Positions 42,832 to 53,578 of a DNA stretch of 64,000 bases are shown piece by piece. Origin of the DNA: an uncultured cyanobacterium. GTDB lineage: Bacteria > Cyanobacteriota > Cyanobacteriia > Cyanobacteriales > Microcystaceae. The translations under genes and the position numbers were made by a program. The notes under the pieces are model-generated. The model searched no databases. It had not been told where the DNA came from and saw nothing but the letters and a program-made list of their open reading frames with translations. The DNA is taken from assembly GCA_963807635.1 (NCBI GenBank), contig CAWEDJ010000022.1, positions 17,877 to 81,876 on the forward strand. Direction: 5' to 3'. The first letter of the stretch is position 1. Each line of letters opens with the position of its first letter.

Positions 42832-44382
42832 TTAATTGTTGATTAACCCCTTAGATTGTAAAAAAGATCTAGCGGATTCCTCCACAGATTTAACTTGATT
42901 ATCCACTTGATAATTTAATTGTTGCATTTCTTCCGCCGAAATTTGACCTGATAACTTTAAAATAGCCGCCCGTAATTGGGGATATTTTTGGAGAGTTTTT
43001 TCATTAAAAACGGGAACCGCATCATAGGGGGGGAAAATAATGTTTATCATCTTGCAAAATCACTAACTTTAAAATGGGAATCAAACCATCCGTCGAGTTT
43101 CCTGCAACTAAATCGACCTGTTTATCTGCCAAAGCCCGATACATTAAACCTAAATCCATTTCCTTGGGAGCCTTCGCAAATTCTAAACCGTAGGTTTTTG
43201 CTAAACCAGGAAAACCATCTTCTCTCGCTAAAAATTCATAGCCAAATCCTGCTTGCCATTGATTTGTATAACGAGCGGCTTCTGAAAGAGTTTTAATCTT
43301 TAAACGTTGAGCATCGGCTCCACGAATGACGATCGCGAAGGTATTTTCAAAGCCCAGGGAAGGCATCACGGTTAAATCAAATTGCTTTTGATAGGCTTGT
43401 TTGACTAGACGATAAACCTCTTGGGAATTATTAATAATCGGTTCTTTTAAAATCGCCGTTAATGCCGTTCCCGTATATTCCAAATAACCCGCAATTTTGC
43501 CTGCTTTGACTGCTTCATGGCAAATAAAAGTTCCCCCTAAATTAAACTTGCGATTAACTTTTAGATTGGTATTATGCTCGATTTGTTGGGCTAGTATTTC
43601 ACTCAAAATCACTTGTTCTGTGAAGTTTTTAGAACCAATGGTAATTTCGCCTCCACTTTTATTATTAAAGTTTATTTGTTGATAAAAAAGACCAATAGAG
43701 CTAAATAATAGAAATCCTGCTAAACCTAACCAAATTAACCGCTTTTTTCGAGAAAAAGGTTGGCGGGGAGTTCGTCGGGTTAATTGTTTTTCTAACCAAC
43801 CGATTCCCCAATCAGCACCTAGTGCAATCATAGCAGAGGGAATGGCTCCTGCTAAAATGAGTTGATTATTAACCGTTGAAATTCCTCGAAAAATAAAGGT
43901 TCCCAACCCCCCTGCTCCGATCGCGGCAGCAATGGTGGCAATGCCCACACAGATGACCGTCGAAACTCGAATCCCTGTCAAAATGACTTTTGAGCGCGAG
44001 GGGTAATTCGATATAAAACAAGACTTGTCGGCGGCTCATTCCCATGGACAAACCCGCTTCGATGAAGCCTGGATCAACTTGATTTAACCCTGTATAGGTA
44101 TTAGGATCAGGGGCAAGAGGGCATAGAGGGTCAGGGCAACAATGGCAGGAATTTTGCCGATCCCACCGAGCAAGGGAACCGTGATTAAAAAACCAAAAAT
44201 TGCTAGACTAGGAATGGTTTGAATGGCGTTGGCAACCACCAAAATGGGCTTGGCAAACTGTTTCTGGCGAGTGATAAAAATTCCCAAGGGAATGCCAATG
44301 ATGATCGCGACTTGCCATTGCAATCAAAACCAAAACAAGATGTTCTCCCGTTCTCAGCAGAATTTCAGTAATTAGTTCCATA
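42832..44382 (-). CDS. Osmoprotectant ABC permease / substrate-binding fusion (OpuBB-OpuBC-like); several frameshifts
   Basis: QTIPSLAIFG, IGAGGLG, IGSKNFTEQ, EYTGT, GFENTFA, DDKHYFPPY. Confidence 0.88.
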
Positions 44383-44529
44383 AATTATTTATTTTGACCT
44401 ATAAACTCGAAAATTTCAGGGGAAGACGACGAATTACAGGGTTCCCGAAGTGAATTTTTCTCACTTAACCATACAGTGCCACCAGACCCGATAGGATAGT
44501 TATTAAACCCTTTTTCCGAGAGTAGCCCT

Positions 44530-45531
44530 ATGGATTTAATCAGCTTAGAAAACCTTCTGGATAATCTTTCCTTTTTAGTCCTTTTTGTGACCATGTTGGT
44601 TTATTGGACAGGGGCGGCTTTCCCGACGACCTGGCTTGCCAATCTCGGAACCGTCGGTGTGGCGATCGCGAATCTCTGTATGGCGGCATTGTTGGGAGCT
44701 AGATGGTTAGAAGCGGGTTATTTTCCCATTAGCAATCTCTACGAATCCCTCTTTTTCCTCGCTTGGGGCGTAACAACGGTTCATTTAATTGCCGAAAATA
44801 TGAGTCGGAGTCGTCTGGTTGGTGTCTTTACCACTCCTGTAGCGATGGGAATCACAGCCTTTGCAACCCTCACCTTGCCCGCCGATATGCGTCTATCCGC
44901 GCCCCTAGTTCCCGCCCTCAAGTCCAATTGGTTGATGATGCACGTCAGCGTCATGATGATTAGTTATTCGGCGTTGATGGTCGGTTCATTGCTTGCGATC
45001 GCGTTTTTAGTAGTGACAATGGGGCAATCGGTAGAATTGCGCGGAAGTTCTATTGGAACGGGTAGCTATCGACCAGGGCAACTGTTAAAACAAGCGGCAA
45101 CGGTTCAAACCAATCTTAATCAACCTTTAGAAATTTCGACGAATAGCAATGTCGCTGTTTTCAGAAGCCGTCACGACGCTAACCGAAAATATTTCCCTTT
45201 CTCCCCAACGTCTGAGCCTCGCTGACACTTTAGACAATATTAGTTATCGCATTATCGGTTTAGGTTTTCCCCTCCTGACCATCGGCATTATTGCAGGAGC
45301 CGTCTGGCCAACGAAGCTTGGGGTTCCTATTGGAGTTGGGACCCGAAGGAAACCTGGGCTTTAATTACCTGGTTGGTTTTCGCGGCCTATCTTCATTCAC
45401 GGATTACCAAAGGTTGGCAGGGTCGTAAACCCGCAATTCTCGCCGCAACAGGGTTTTTCATGGTCTGGATTTGTTATTTAGGAGTCAATATTTTAGGAAA
45501 AGGCTTGCATTCCTACGGTTGGTTTTTCTAA
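44530..45531 (+). CDS. ccsA: Cytochrome c biogenesis protein (system II); frameshifts ~45150 and ~45310
   Basis: [44 protein letters not shown]. Confidence 0.95.
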
Positions 45532-45565
45532 ACTGGCTCTTGAAAAATAGATGTTATTTCACTAC

Positions 45566-45638
45566 TCCCTAAATCACCCAATTTTGAGGGACTTTCGATG
45601 TTATTTCCTCCAAAGTTGGGGGGGGGCAGGGGGACTTT
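45566..45638. repeat. C/G-rich palindromic repeat, related to 13994-14130
   Basis: CCCTAAATCACCCAATTTTGAGGGACTT...CCTCCAAAGTTGGGGGG between convergent genes. Confidence 0.7.
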
Positions 45639-45644
45639 CAATCA

Positions 45645-46394
45645 TTACAAATCTAAAATTACCTGAATCCAGTTGGGAGGTCGCGGAATCGGATTTCCCA
45701 GGCGATCAAATACCAGTAATGCCACCAGATGCACCGCAAAAACGTAGATAAAACTATTAACAAAAATCATCAAAGCCGCGATCACCTGAATTAAGGTAAA
45801 GTCTGGCTGGGCAAGAATATTCAGTTTGAGAAAAGCCCAGTCAAAGAAATTGGTCATTTGAATAATGGCGTATTGCCAGAGATTTTCGCCTAATAATAAG
45901 GAAAAAAGCGAAACTCGAAAGAAAAAACCAAAAGTTCCGATCAGCGACCCTGTAAAAATAGAAAATAGCCAGGAAGATTGTCTCTGCCAACAAAATCCCA
46001 ATTGTAGGCTTAATAATCCGTAGGGAATCAGGAAAACAATACTACGGGTCGGCCCCATCAAAACACAGAGCAACAATCCCGCGACAATCACCCCTTTAAG
46101 CGCAGAACGATATCCCCATCGTAAATACACCAGGGCTATGGGAATGGAAAAAAAGATGGTCAGAACTGGCCCCAAAGGAAAGTAATAGTTAATCAGCCAA
46201 ATCAAACTGGCCGTACTCGCTAAAAAAGCCGTTTCCACCATCGCCAAGGTTCGGGGAGATTTGAGGAGCGATCGCCCTCTTGACTGTTGGATAGGCCCTG
46301 TTTCCTCCGTAGGCAGAGAAGCAGAATCCGAGATCCCTTGATCCACCCAATTAGTCTCATCTTCCATTCCAGAATCGTCCACCGAAAAAGTCAT
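45645..46394 (-). CDS. DUF2232 membrane protein
   Basis: MVETAFLAS...PIALVYLRWG...LMGPTRS...LGNPIPRPP. Confidence 0.85.
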   Translation of the reverse strand: MTFSVDDSGMEDETNWVDQGISDSASLPTEETGPIQQSRGRSLLKSPRTLAMVETAFLASTASLIWLINYYFPLGPVLTIFFSIPIALVYLRWGYRSALKGVIVAGLLLCVLMGPTRSIVFLIPYGLLSLQLGFCWQRQSSWLFSIFTGSLIGTFGFFFRVSLFSLLLGENLWQYAIIQMTNFFDWAFLKLNILAQPDFTLIQVIAALMIFVNSFIYVFAVHLVALLVFDRLGNPIPRPPNWIQVILDL

Positions 46395-46467
46395 AGAAAT
46401 CTCAATTAATAACAGATATCGAACAAAATTGAGTCAAAATAAACGCAAATCGCAAAATACTTTAGTG

Positions 46468-47166
46468 CTAAGAAATCAAATCTTCCAGCGCATCAAGCCT
46501 AAGAATGCAGATTTTATCATTCTCACGGGAAATTAAGCCATCTTGTTCCAACTTAGTCAATGCCCGTGAAACGGTTTCCCTAGCAAGGCCCGTAATACTT
46601 GCTAACTCACGATGGGGCAAATTAGGAATTTTAGTCCCCTGTTGGGTCGTTTTGCCCTGACCTTCCACTAAAAATAAGAGAGTATCCGCAACGCGAGCTA
46701 AACTTTCTGCCTCTCGTAGTCGGAGCCTGCGATTGACTTGTCGTAACCGTTTAGAGATCAGTTGGGTAAGGCGAATGCCAGCCAGGGGTTCGGTTTGCAA
46801 AAGAGCCAAAAAATCTGGTGCAGGAATACTACTCACCGTCGTGGGAGTCAGGGTAATGGCATCGGTAGAACGGGGAGCTTCGTCTAAAGCAGACATTTCT
46901 CCAATGATTTCGCCTTTTCCCACAATATTTAAGGTGACTTCTTTGCCATCCACATTATGGGTACGAATTTTCACCCAGCCATCCACAATAAAATAGACCG
47001 AGCCGCCCCAATCATTTTCTAAGAGAATCACCCGATTGGCAGGATGATGCCGAGTGACGACATGACTAATGGCATTTTCTAAACTAAAGGGGGATAATCC
47101 CTCAAAAAAAGGAATCGTCTCGATTAATTTTTGGATTTCACTGATTTCTGATCGTTTTTCTTCCAT
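46468..47166 (-). CDS. crp: cAMP receptor protein (SyCRP1-like)
   Basis: LLENDWGGSVYF, GEMSALDEAPRST cNMP pocket, HRELASITGLARETVSR HTH. Confidence 0.88.
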   Translation of the reverse strand: MEEKRSEISEIQKLIETIPFFEGLSPFSLENAISHVVTRHHPANRVILLENDWGGSVYFIVDGWVKIRTHNVDGKEVTLNIVGKGEIIGEMSALDEAPRSTDAITLTPTTVSSIPAPDFLALLQTEPLAGIRLTQLISKRLRQVNRRLRLREAESLARVADTLLFLVEGQGKTTQQGTKIPNLPHRELASITGLARETVSRALTKLEQDGLISRENDKICILRLDALEDLIS

Positions 47167-47438
47167 ATTTCTATCAATGTGTAATACCCAGTCTAGACAA
47201 AATCATGAGAGGTTAGATGAACGTTAGATGGGGCGCGATGGGGTGATCAGATAGAATTCCATGTACTTTCTCAAAAAACTCACCATCACACCTATCAATA
47301 AACTGTAATGGCTGATAAGAGCATTTTACCAATTAATAGCTTAATAGTCTTTTATTATAAAATTTTATTTTCTCATCAACCCTAACCGATCTTTTGCTGG
47401 AGTTATTCCCCAATGTTTTTTTGCTCAGTGTATCGGAA

Positions 47439-47500
47439 TCTTGAAGTTGGTCTTGAAGTTGGAATTGTAAGTTGGTCTTGTAAGTTGGTCTTGTAAGTTG
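47439..47500 (+). repeat. Five tandem 12-13 bp repeats (TCTTG(T)AAGTTGG)
   Basis: Read directly in the crp / AI-2E divergent intergenic region. Confidence 0.85.
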
Positions 47501-47652
47501 CGATCGCCGCTTGGGTCGGTTTGCCAGCGATAAATACCTACACAGCAACCCCACTTGGCTTAAAATAAATAAAACAAGGGTTGCCTAGCACCCTGGAGAA
47601 CTCACATGATGCGTAAAATTCTTGAGTATTTCTATCGGATGGAGTAACGACT

Positions 47653-48846
47653 GTGATAGTCAATTCCGGATCATCTTCTCCTAAAAAAAACTGGTTAATT
47701 AGCGGCTGGGAGTCCTTAAATTTTCTTTCTCGTCTCCTGGTAGTGCTTCTGGCGGCCCCCTTAATGGTCTTGAATGCTAGAGCTTTATTCGCGATTTTTG
47801 GTTATTTCCAATCATTGTTTGTGATTGTCCTGATTGCTTCCGTTTTCGCCTTTCTGTTGAACTATCCCGTTAATTGGTTAGAACAAAAGGGATTTCAACG
47901 GGGAATTGTCGCGATTTTCGTTTTTTTAATCACCATAGTTGTCTTTTCTGCTTTGGGTGTAACCCTTGTACCTTTAGCCTTTGCCCAGGCCCAACAATTA
48001 GTCGCCCGTTTACCCGAATGGTTAGATTCAGGACAACGCCAACTAATGTTGTTGGACGAACAAGCCAATTTATTGGGATTACCCATTAGTTTTGATGGCA
48101 TTATCACCCAAATTAATAGCCGACTAGCGGTTGAGTTACAGAATTTAGCGGGTACAACTTTAAATATTGCCCTGAGTTTGACGGTTTTTACAGTTGTTCG
48201 CCTGTTAGATGTGCTTTTGACCGTAATTTTGACGTTTTATTTACTGCTTCATACCGAAGATGTCTGGCAGAGCGTCATTACCTGGTTACCAACCCGCATC
48301 CAACGACCCTTTTCTCAAACCCTGCGTCGGAGTTTTCAGAATTATTTTTTGGGTCAACTCATTAGTGCCACTTGTATGGCCGTTGGTTTAGTGTTGGGTT
48401 TTGTGGCCCTAAAAGTTCCCTTTGGACTGCTCTTTGGATTAACCGTCGGATTGATGGCCTTGATTCCCTTTGGCGGCTCGGTGGGGATTACCCTAATCAC
48501 TTTTTTAGTCGCTCTACGGGATGTGGGTCAGGCATTGCAACTCTTGGCCGTTGCCTTAATTATTCAACAAATTGTCGAGAATGGTATTGCTCCCAGGGTT
48601 TTGGGCAGTGTAACGGGTTTAAATCCTTTTTGGGTCTTAATTTCTCTCTTGACAGGGGCGAGAATTGGCGGTCTATTAGGGGTCGTCGTTGCCGTTCCTA
48701 TGGCCATGATGATCAAAGAAGCGATCGCGGCTGTGCGTAGTTTACCCACGGAAGACGACAAAACCCGATCATTACCCCCTGTTACATCTCACTTCCCCGA
48801 AGGAGAACTGGAACAAGTTGCTAGTAGTCCGTCGAGACAAAATTAA
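47653..48846 (+). CDS. AI-2E (PerM) family transporter
   Basis: AFLLNYPV, YFLGQ, IPFGG, QQIVENGIAPRVLG, GLLGVVVAVP. Confidence 0.9.
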   Translation: MIVNSGSSSPKKNWLISGWESLNFLSRLLVVLLAAPLMVLNARALFAIFGYFQSLFVIVLIASVFAFLLNYPVNWLEQKGFQRGIVAIFVFLITIVVFSALGVTLVPLAFAQAQQLVARLPEWLDSGQRQLMLLDEQANLLGLPISFDGIITQINSRLAVELQNLAGTTLNIALSLTVFTVVRLLDVLLTVILTFYLLLHTEDVWQSVITWLPTRIQRPFSQTLRRSFQNYFLGQLISATCMAVGLVLGFVALKVPFGLLFGLTVGLMALIPFGGSVGITLITFLVALRDVGQALQLLAVALIIQQIVENGIAPRVLGSVTGLNPFWVLISLLTGARIGGLLGVVVAVPMAMMIKEAIAAVRSLPTEDDKTRSLPPVTSHFPEGELEQVASSPSRQN

Positions 48847-48952
48847 TGGATAAAGCTGCTTGAGTTTAATACGAGCATCATCAGGGGTGAATTGCCCATT
48901 TCGGTATTTTTCCAAGCAGCAATTTCATTTTTAAGAGTCTCCTAGTCAGCAA

Positions 48953-50707
48953 TTAGGATTCCGACTTTTTATCACAGATTTTAAGTTCATCTAAATTCCA
49001 GAAAGCACCGCCTAAAGCTGAGAACTGAATGCCACAAAAACGATTTCTGACAGCAGATAAAGCCAGGGGATTGACCAAATAAATAAACGGTAAATTTTTT
49101 TCCGTTACAACTTGAACATCCATATAAATTGCTTTACGTTTTTCCATGTCTAATTCCTGGGAACCCTTGAGATATAATTCAGCAATTTCTTTTTCCCAAT
49201 CTGCAATCACTCGCCCTTGGATGGGTTGGCTTCCTGGTTGGGGTTCCTGATTAAACATGTGTAAATTGCCATCGACGTACCAGATATTGGGCGCGTGGGG
49301 ATCATTGCCGCCTGTTAAACCTAAAATAATCGCATCCCATTCCAAACTATTACTTAATTTATCGACTAAAACATTAAAAGCGATGGGACTAAAATCGACT
49401 TAAATCCCAATTTTACTCAGGTCTTCTTGAATTTGAGTTCCCAAGGATTCTCGAATATTGTTTCCTGCATTGGTATTTAAGGTAAAACGAACGCGATCGC
49501 CTTTTTGATCCAGTAGTTCATTTTTTGAATTATAGGTAAATCCCGATTTTAATAATAATTCTTTAGATTTTTTAGGATCATAATCATAACCCTTCAAATT
49601 TTTATTATAAAAAGGAGACTGAACCGATACTTCTGAATTTTGAGGCGCGCCTAAACCCCGATAAATATTATTAATCATGCGTTGCCGATCAATGGCATGG
49701 GCGATCGCTTGTCGGAAATTAAGATCATTAAACCATCGAGATTTTTCGGGAGAAACTAGAGGTTTACCGTTGCGTTTTCCCTTATTGAGATTAAAGGTTA
49801 TGTAGGTAGTTCCAAAGGCGGAACGATCATTATAAATCGTAAAATTTCCCCGTTCTTCCTCTTTTTTTAATAGGGAAAAATAGGCAGGACTGACTCCCAC
49901 CGAATCCAAACTGCCTGAACGAAATTGCAATAAAGACGTATCCGTTGATTCCACGATCGCTAAAACAATTTCAGGAATATGGGGTAAGGATTTTCCTGCT
50001 TCATCTTTTTTATAATAGTAGGGATTTTTATCGAAAATTAAGCGTTGACTAGTAATATAACTTTTTAATTTATAGGGGGCCGTTGACAATTAATTTTTCA
50101 GGAGGAGTATCGGTTCCCCAGGTACTGAGAAATATCGGATTGCCATTATTATCTTTTTGATCAATTGTTTTGTGTAAAATATGTTCAGGTAAAATCGGGA
50201 TTTCTGCACTATCTAAAAAAGGAGCAAAGGGTTCTGCAATCTGAAATTCTATGCGTCGTTCATCTAAGGGACGAATGGTGGGAAATGCGCCACTTTGACC
50301 AATTCTTAAACTATCTCGATAATTATTCGGGATTTTAGGATTGAGATAGAGATCGTTATAACTAAAAACCACATCTTTTGAGGTTAGGGGCTGACCATCT
50401 GACCATTTCAAGTCTTTTCTCAGGGTAAAAATAATGGTTTTATTGTCGTCAGAAATTTCCAGGATTCGGCTAGAGCGGGTTCTTTTTTCCCTGTGAGGGG
50501 ATTTTCTGTAATCAGTCCTTCGTAGGTATAGCCAAAAATATTGGGAGATTCAGCCGATAAGACCGCATTAAAGGTTTTAGGATCACTTAAAATCGAAAAA
50601 ACCACTTGATTAGGATTCATCGGAGGAGCGCAAGCGGTTGTCAAAAAAGTGATATTTAGTAAAGCAATGGCGATTAATAACCAACGTTTCCAGTTAATTT
50701 CTATCAT
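48953..50707 (-). CDS. Peptide/nickel ABC substrate-binding lipoprotein (SBP family 5); three frameshifts
   Basis: TAC lipobox, SDPKTFN, PALAESW, KWSDGQPLT, NGPYKL, FRQAIAHAIDR. Confidence 0.9.
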
Positions 50708-50755
50708 GATTCTTTTAAAATAATTAATTTTATCTTAATTCTAATTTAATCTAAT

Positions 50756-51136
50756 TTATGAACTACTATCTTGTTGTCCCAGAGCATAAATTGCCCCCGA
50801 AATACTCATTAATATTCCCGTACTAATGCCCCAACTGTCTCCTAATCCGACTTCGATCGCCCAATTGCATAATCCGCCTAAAACCAGAAAGGGAATAATA
50901 CTAAAAATGGAGGCATAGAAACTATTTTGGGCTTCCCTAGCAGGGCGAGTTCTTTCAAATTCTTCAACGGAAGTATAAAGCGATCGCTCGGCAAAATTAA
51001 ACCACCGTTGTAATTGTTCAATCAAGGTATTTTTAAAAGATGTTAAAATCAAATATAGTCCTAATGACCACAGACATCCACCCGCCAACATTACGGTATT
51101 AATGGAGATCTCAAACGGAATCCAGTCAGTGAGCAT
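50756..51136 (-). CDS. Conserved cyanobacterial membrane protein
   Basis: RWFNFAERSLYTS.EEFE.TR.ARE.QN.FYAS motif; TM helices. Confidence 0.75.
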   Translation of the reverse strand: MLTDWIPFEISINTVMLAGGCLWSLGLYLILTSFKNTLIEQLQRWFNFAERSLYTSVEEFERTRPAREAQNSFYASIFSIIPFLVLGGLCNWAIEVGLGDSWGISTGILMSISGAIYALGQQDSSS

Positions 51137-51249
51137 TGCGCTATCCAAGGTAAGGGTTTTTGAATTTTAACAAAATAGGGACACACAAAATACTCATTTG
51201 GCCATCAAGCAACTCGGTTGATTTTCGTTCAATCATTGAAAGTAATTGA

Positions 51250-51534
51250 TTAACCAGAAATAACATCAATATGGGAGTTGGCACCATAGGCAAGTAATTG
51301 GCGATCCTTTGTTAATAAAGAAGCATTCATTTATAAACAAGTAGCCGCCAATATCCTATCGGCTGGATCGCCATGAATTTCTCCAGGTAAGCGAGAACTT
51401 TGAATGGCAATTTCGGGAGTTAGGGGAATGAAGGTTAATCAAGGAAACGATAGGGCTTGATTAATCCAGGTAGAGCAATCGGGGGTACAAGTAATTCGCC
51501 CTTTTGCGTCTAGCATTTCAACTTCCCAAACGGA
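51250..51534 (-). pseudogene. vapC: VapC PIN toxin, 3' half (two internal stops)
   Basis: SVWEVEML..KGRI...LTPEIA...LPGEIHGDPADRILAAT...LLTKD. Confidence 0.85.
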
Positions 51535-51624
51535 AGTAGTGTCCTGAATCTGTAGATAAGACACGTCACAATGAATAGACTGACTGCCTTTCAGAAATAC
51601 GATCCACAGGTCTAAAATATTACC
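51535..51624 (-). mobile_element. 90-bp IS1-type MITE, copy 2 (inverted)
   Basis: Near-identical reverse complement of 42680-42769; followed on the minus strand by TCCGTTTGG. Confidence 0.88.
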
Positions 51625-51969
51625 ATCAAGGATTACTTGATCTCTATCTTTAAGATTGTTCTACCGAAAACAGAGGATTTTCTTTTATTATGGAATCACT
51701 CTCCTCTGTAACTTTTTTTGCGATCGCCAATTTTCCAATGAGATTAACTAAATGCGATCGCCACAAGACAAAAAATCTCCTCCCGTACTTCAACTTAGCC
51801 TAAAAAAGCGGATGAAGAGAGAGGACTAAATGTATTAGAGTGATAGTCTTCAAAAATTTTATTGGCTCAGATTTTTGCCAAGCTCACTTCTCTTGGTCGA
51901 ATTGACAATCTTTCTACAACAGTTCAAATTTCATAATTTGGCTAAGGTATTGATATTTTCTACCTTAAT

Positions 51970-53269
51970 CTACCGTAACTGGCTCTGTTTTAAACCCGAT
52001 AAATCCACCTTTCCAAAGTGAACACTCAATGCCAACTGCATATTTTCCAATGATCTAACCAACCAAGGAACCCCTTCCCTCGTAAAGGATTCATAGTGAT
52101 TAAAGAGAATAAGAAAAGCGTTTTTCCAGATAGGGTCTAACTTTCTTCGAGAACAGCACAATCTTTAGAAAGAGACCGACGGTTCGTGTTACCCCAGATT
52201 AGTAATCAGATCAATAAATATATAATGTTCGGGCTGACTGGGACTATCCACAATTAAAAAATTCAACAATTGGCTCGAAGTCCGCATCATTAAAAACTCT
52301 GTGGGTTTCTGTTGATTACATTCTGGATGGGTATTTTGCAACAAATTGAACAGCTTTTTATTGAACTGCCCCTGACGATACTTGGTGTCCATTGATCCTA
52401 AAATATATTCATAGAGATCATCTTTAAAGGCTCCAAAATTTTTTGTATGAATCGTATTATTGGCAAAGCTCTGGGAAATCGCTTTATAAGTTTGCCCCCT
52501 TCAACTTTTCCACATAATGCTTGAGAGAACGATTCAATTCGTGATCACTTAACAGTGTCGGATTTTTAACGGGTAAAATGAGTTCTTTGTGTGGCAAAAT
52601 TAGACCCTCAGTATCCGTCTGGGCAGTCCTGACTTTGTAGGTGACATAACGGGATAAATTCATCTCAAAATGTCTTTCTGTCTGGTGTTTAACTCGTCTA
52701 ACGGTTTGTTGATGTTCCTCACTGCTATCGTCTCCTAAAAGACAATAATCGTAGAGGTAGGGATAGCGGTGAATCAAATTTCCCACAGATGCTGTCGCCG
52801 CGCTATTGCCGCCCTGTTTATTATCAATCACTTCTGATAATCTTTTGAGTTTGACAAATTGCTCTGTGAAGGTAAAGTTTTTAACGAGTTGCCGAATAGA
52901 ACCACTGCTAGTGTTCGCAAGACTTCCCCCCGTTGGTAAATTATTAAAAAGATTGATCAGACGTGGAATATCTCTTTGGGTATGGGGTTGCATTTGCCAA
53001 CGATTGATCACAATATGAAAACAACGGTTGAAAATATAGTTAAAGGACTGCTCTACGTTCTTTTTTCTAACAATTCTTTCTAGGGCAAGATTGACTTCGG
53101 GCTTTCTAAATCCACGAGCTTCAATAAAAAGAGAATGAAAGTCGTCTAATATTTGCTCAGACGAATCGGTTTGTGCGCTGTCGATGAGGTGATCGTACAG
53201 AGTTTGTTCGTCAGTGGTTCCTTTGGATTGATAGGTGTTGAGCATGGGCGAGTTGTTCACGGTATTCAA
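51970..53269 (-). CDS. Conserved cyanobacterial hypothetical protein (Sll1247-like); frameshifted
   Basis: ORFs 52484-53269, 52189-52392 and 51970-52161 are collinear pieces; divergent from murF as in Synechocystis. Confidence 0.7.
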
Positions 53270-53483
53270 CCCTCCTAAGTAAGCATTTATCTAAAATGCA
53301 GGTGGGGAAAGGATAGTTTGGGATGGGAGAACTCTAATGGATAAAAAAATGTAGATTTTATCTGATAGTCAACTTTACTTTCCCAAGGAAGAAGTCAGTG
53401 ATAAGATAGGCTCTGAACTAGTCTGTAACACCATTCAGTCGCTCACTACCTGTCTAACATAGCTTGTTGGGTCACATATTAGC

Positions 53484-53499
53484 TGTGATCTAGGTCACG
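53484..53499. promoter_or_regulatory. CRP (SyCRP1) binding site
   Basis: TGTGA-TCTAGG-TCACG matches TGTGA-N6-TCACA, upstream of murF. Confidence 0.8.
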
Positions 53500-53578
53500 T
53501 CAAATGCTTCGCAATGCTTGTTATTTTTGAATCGTTCCTGATCCTTGTTTCTATATTTTATCTTAATTGATTATTTCT

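Noticed and set aside
47439..47500. Mini-CRISPR or plasmid iterons
   Set aside because: No spacers, units too short, no rep gene, chromosomal context
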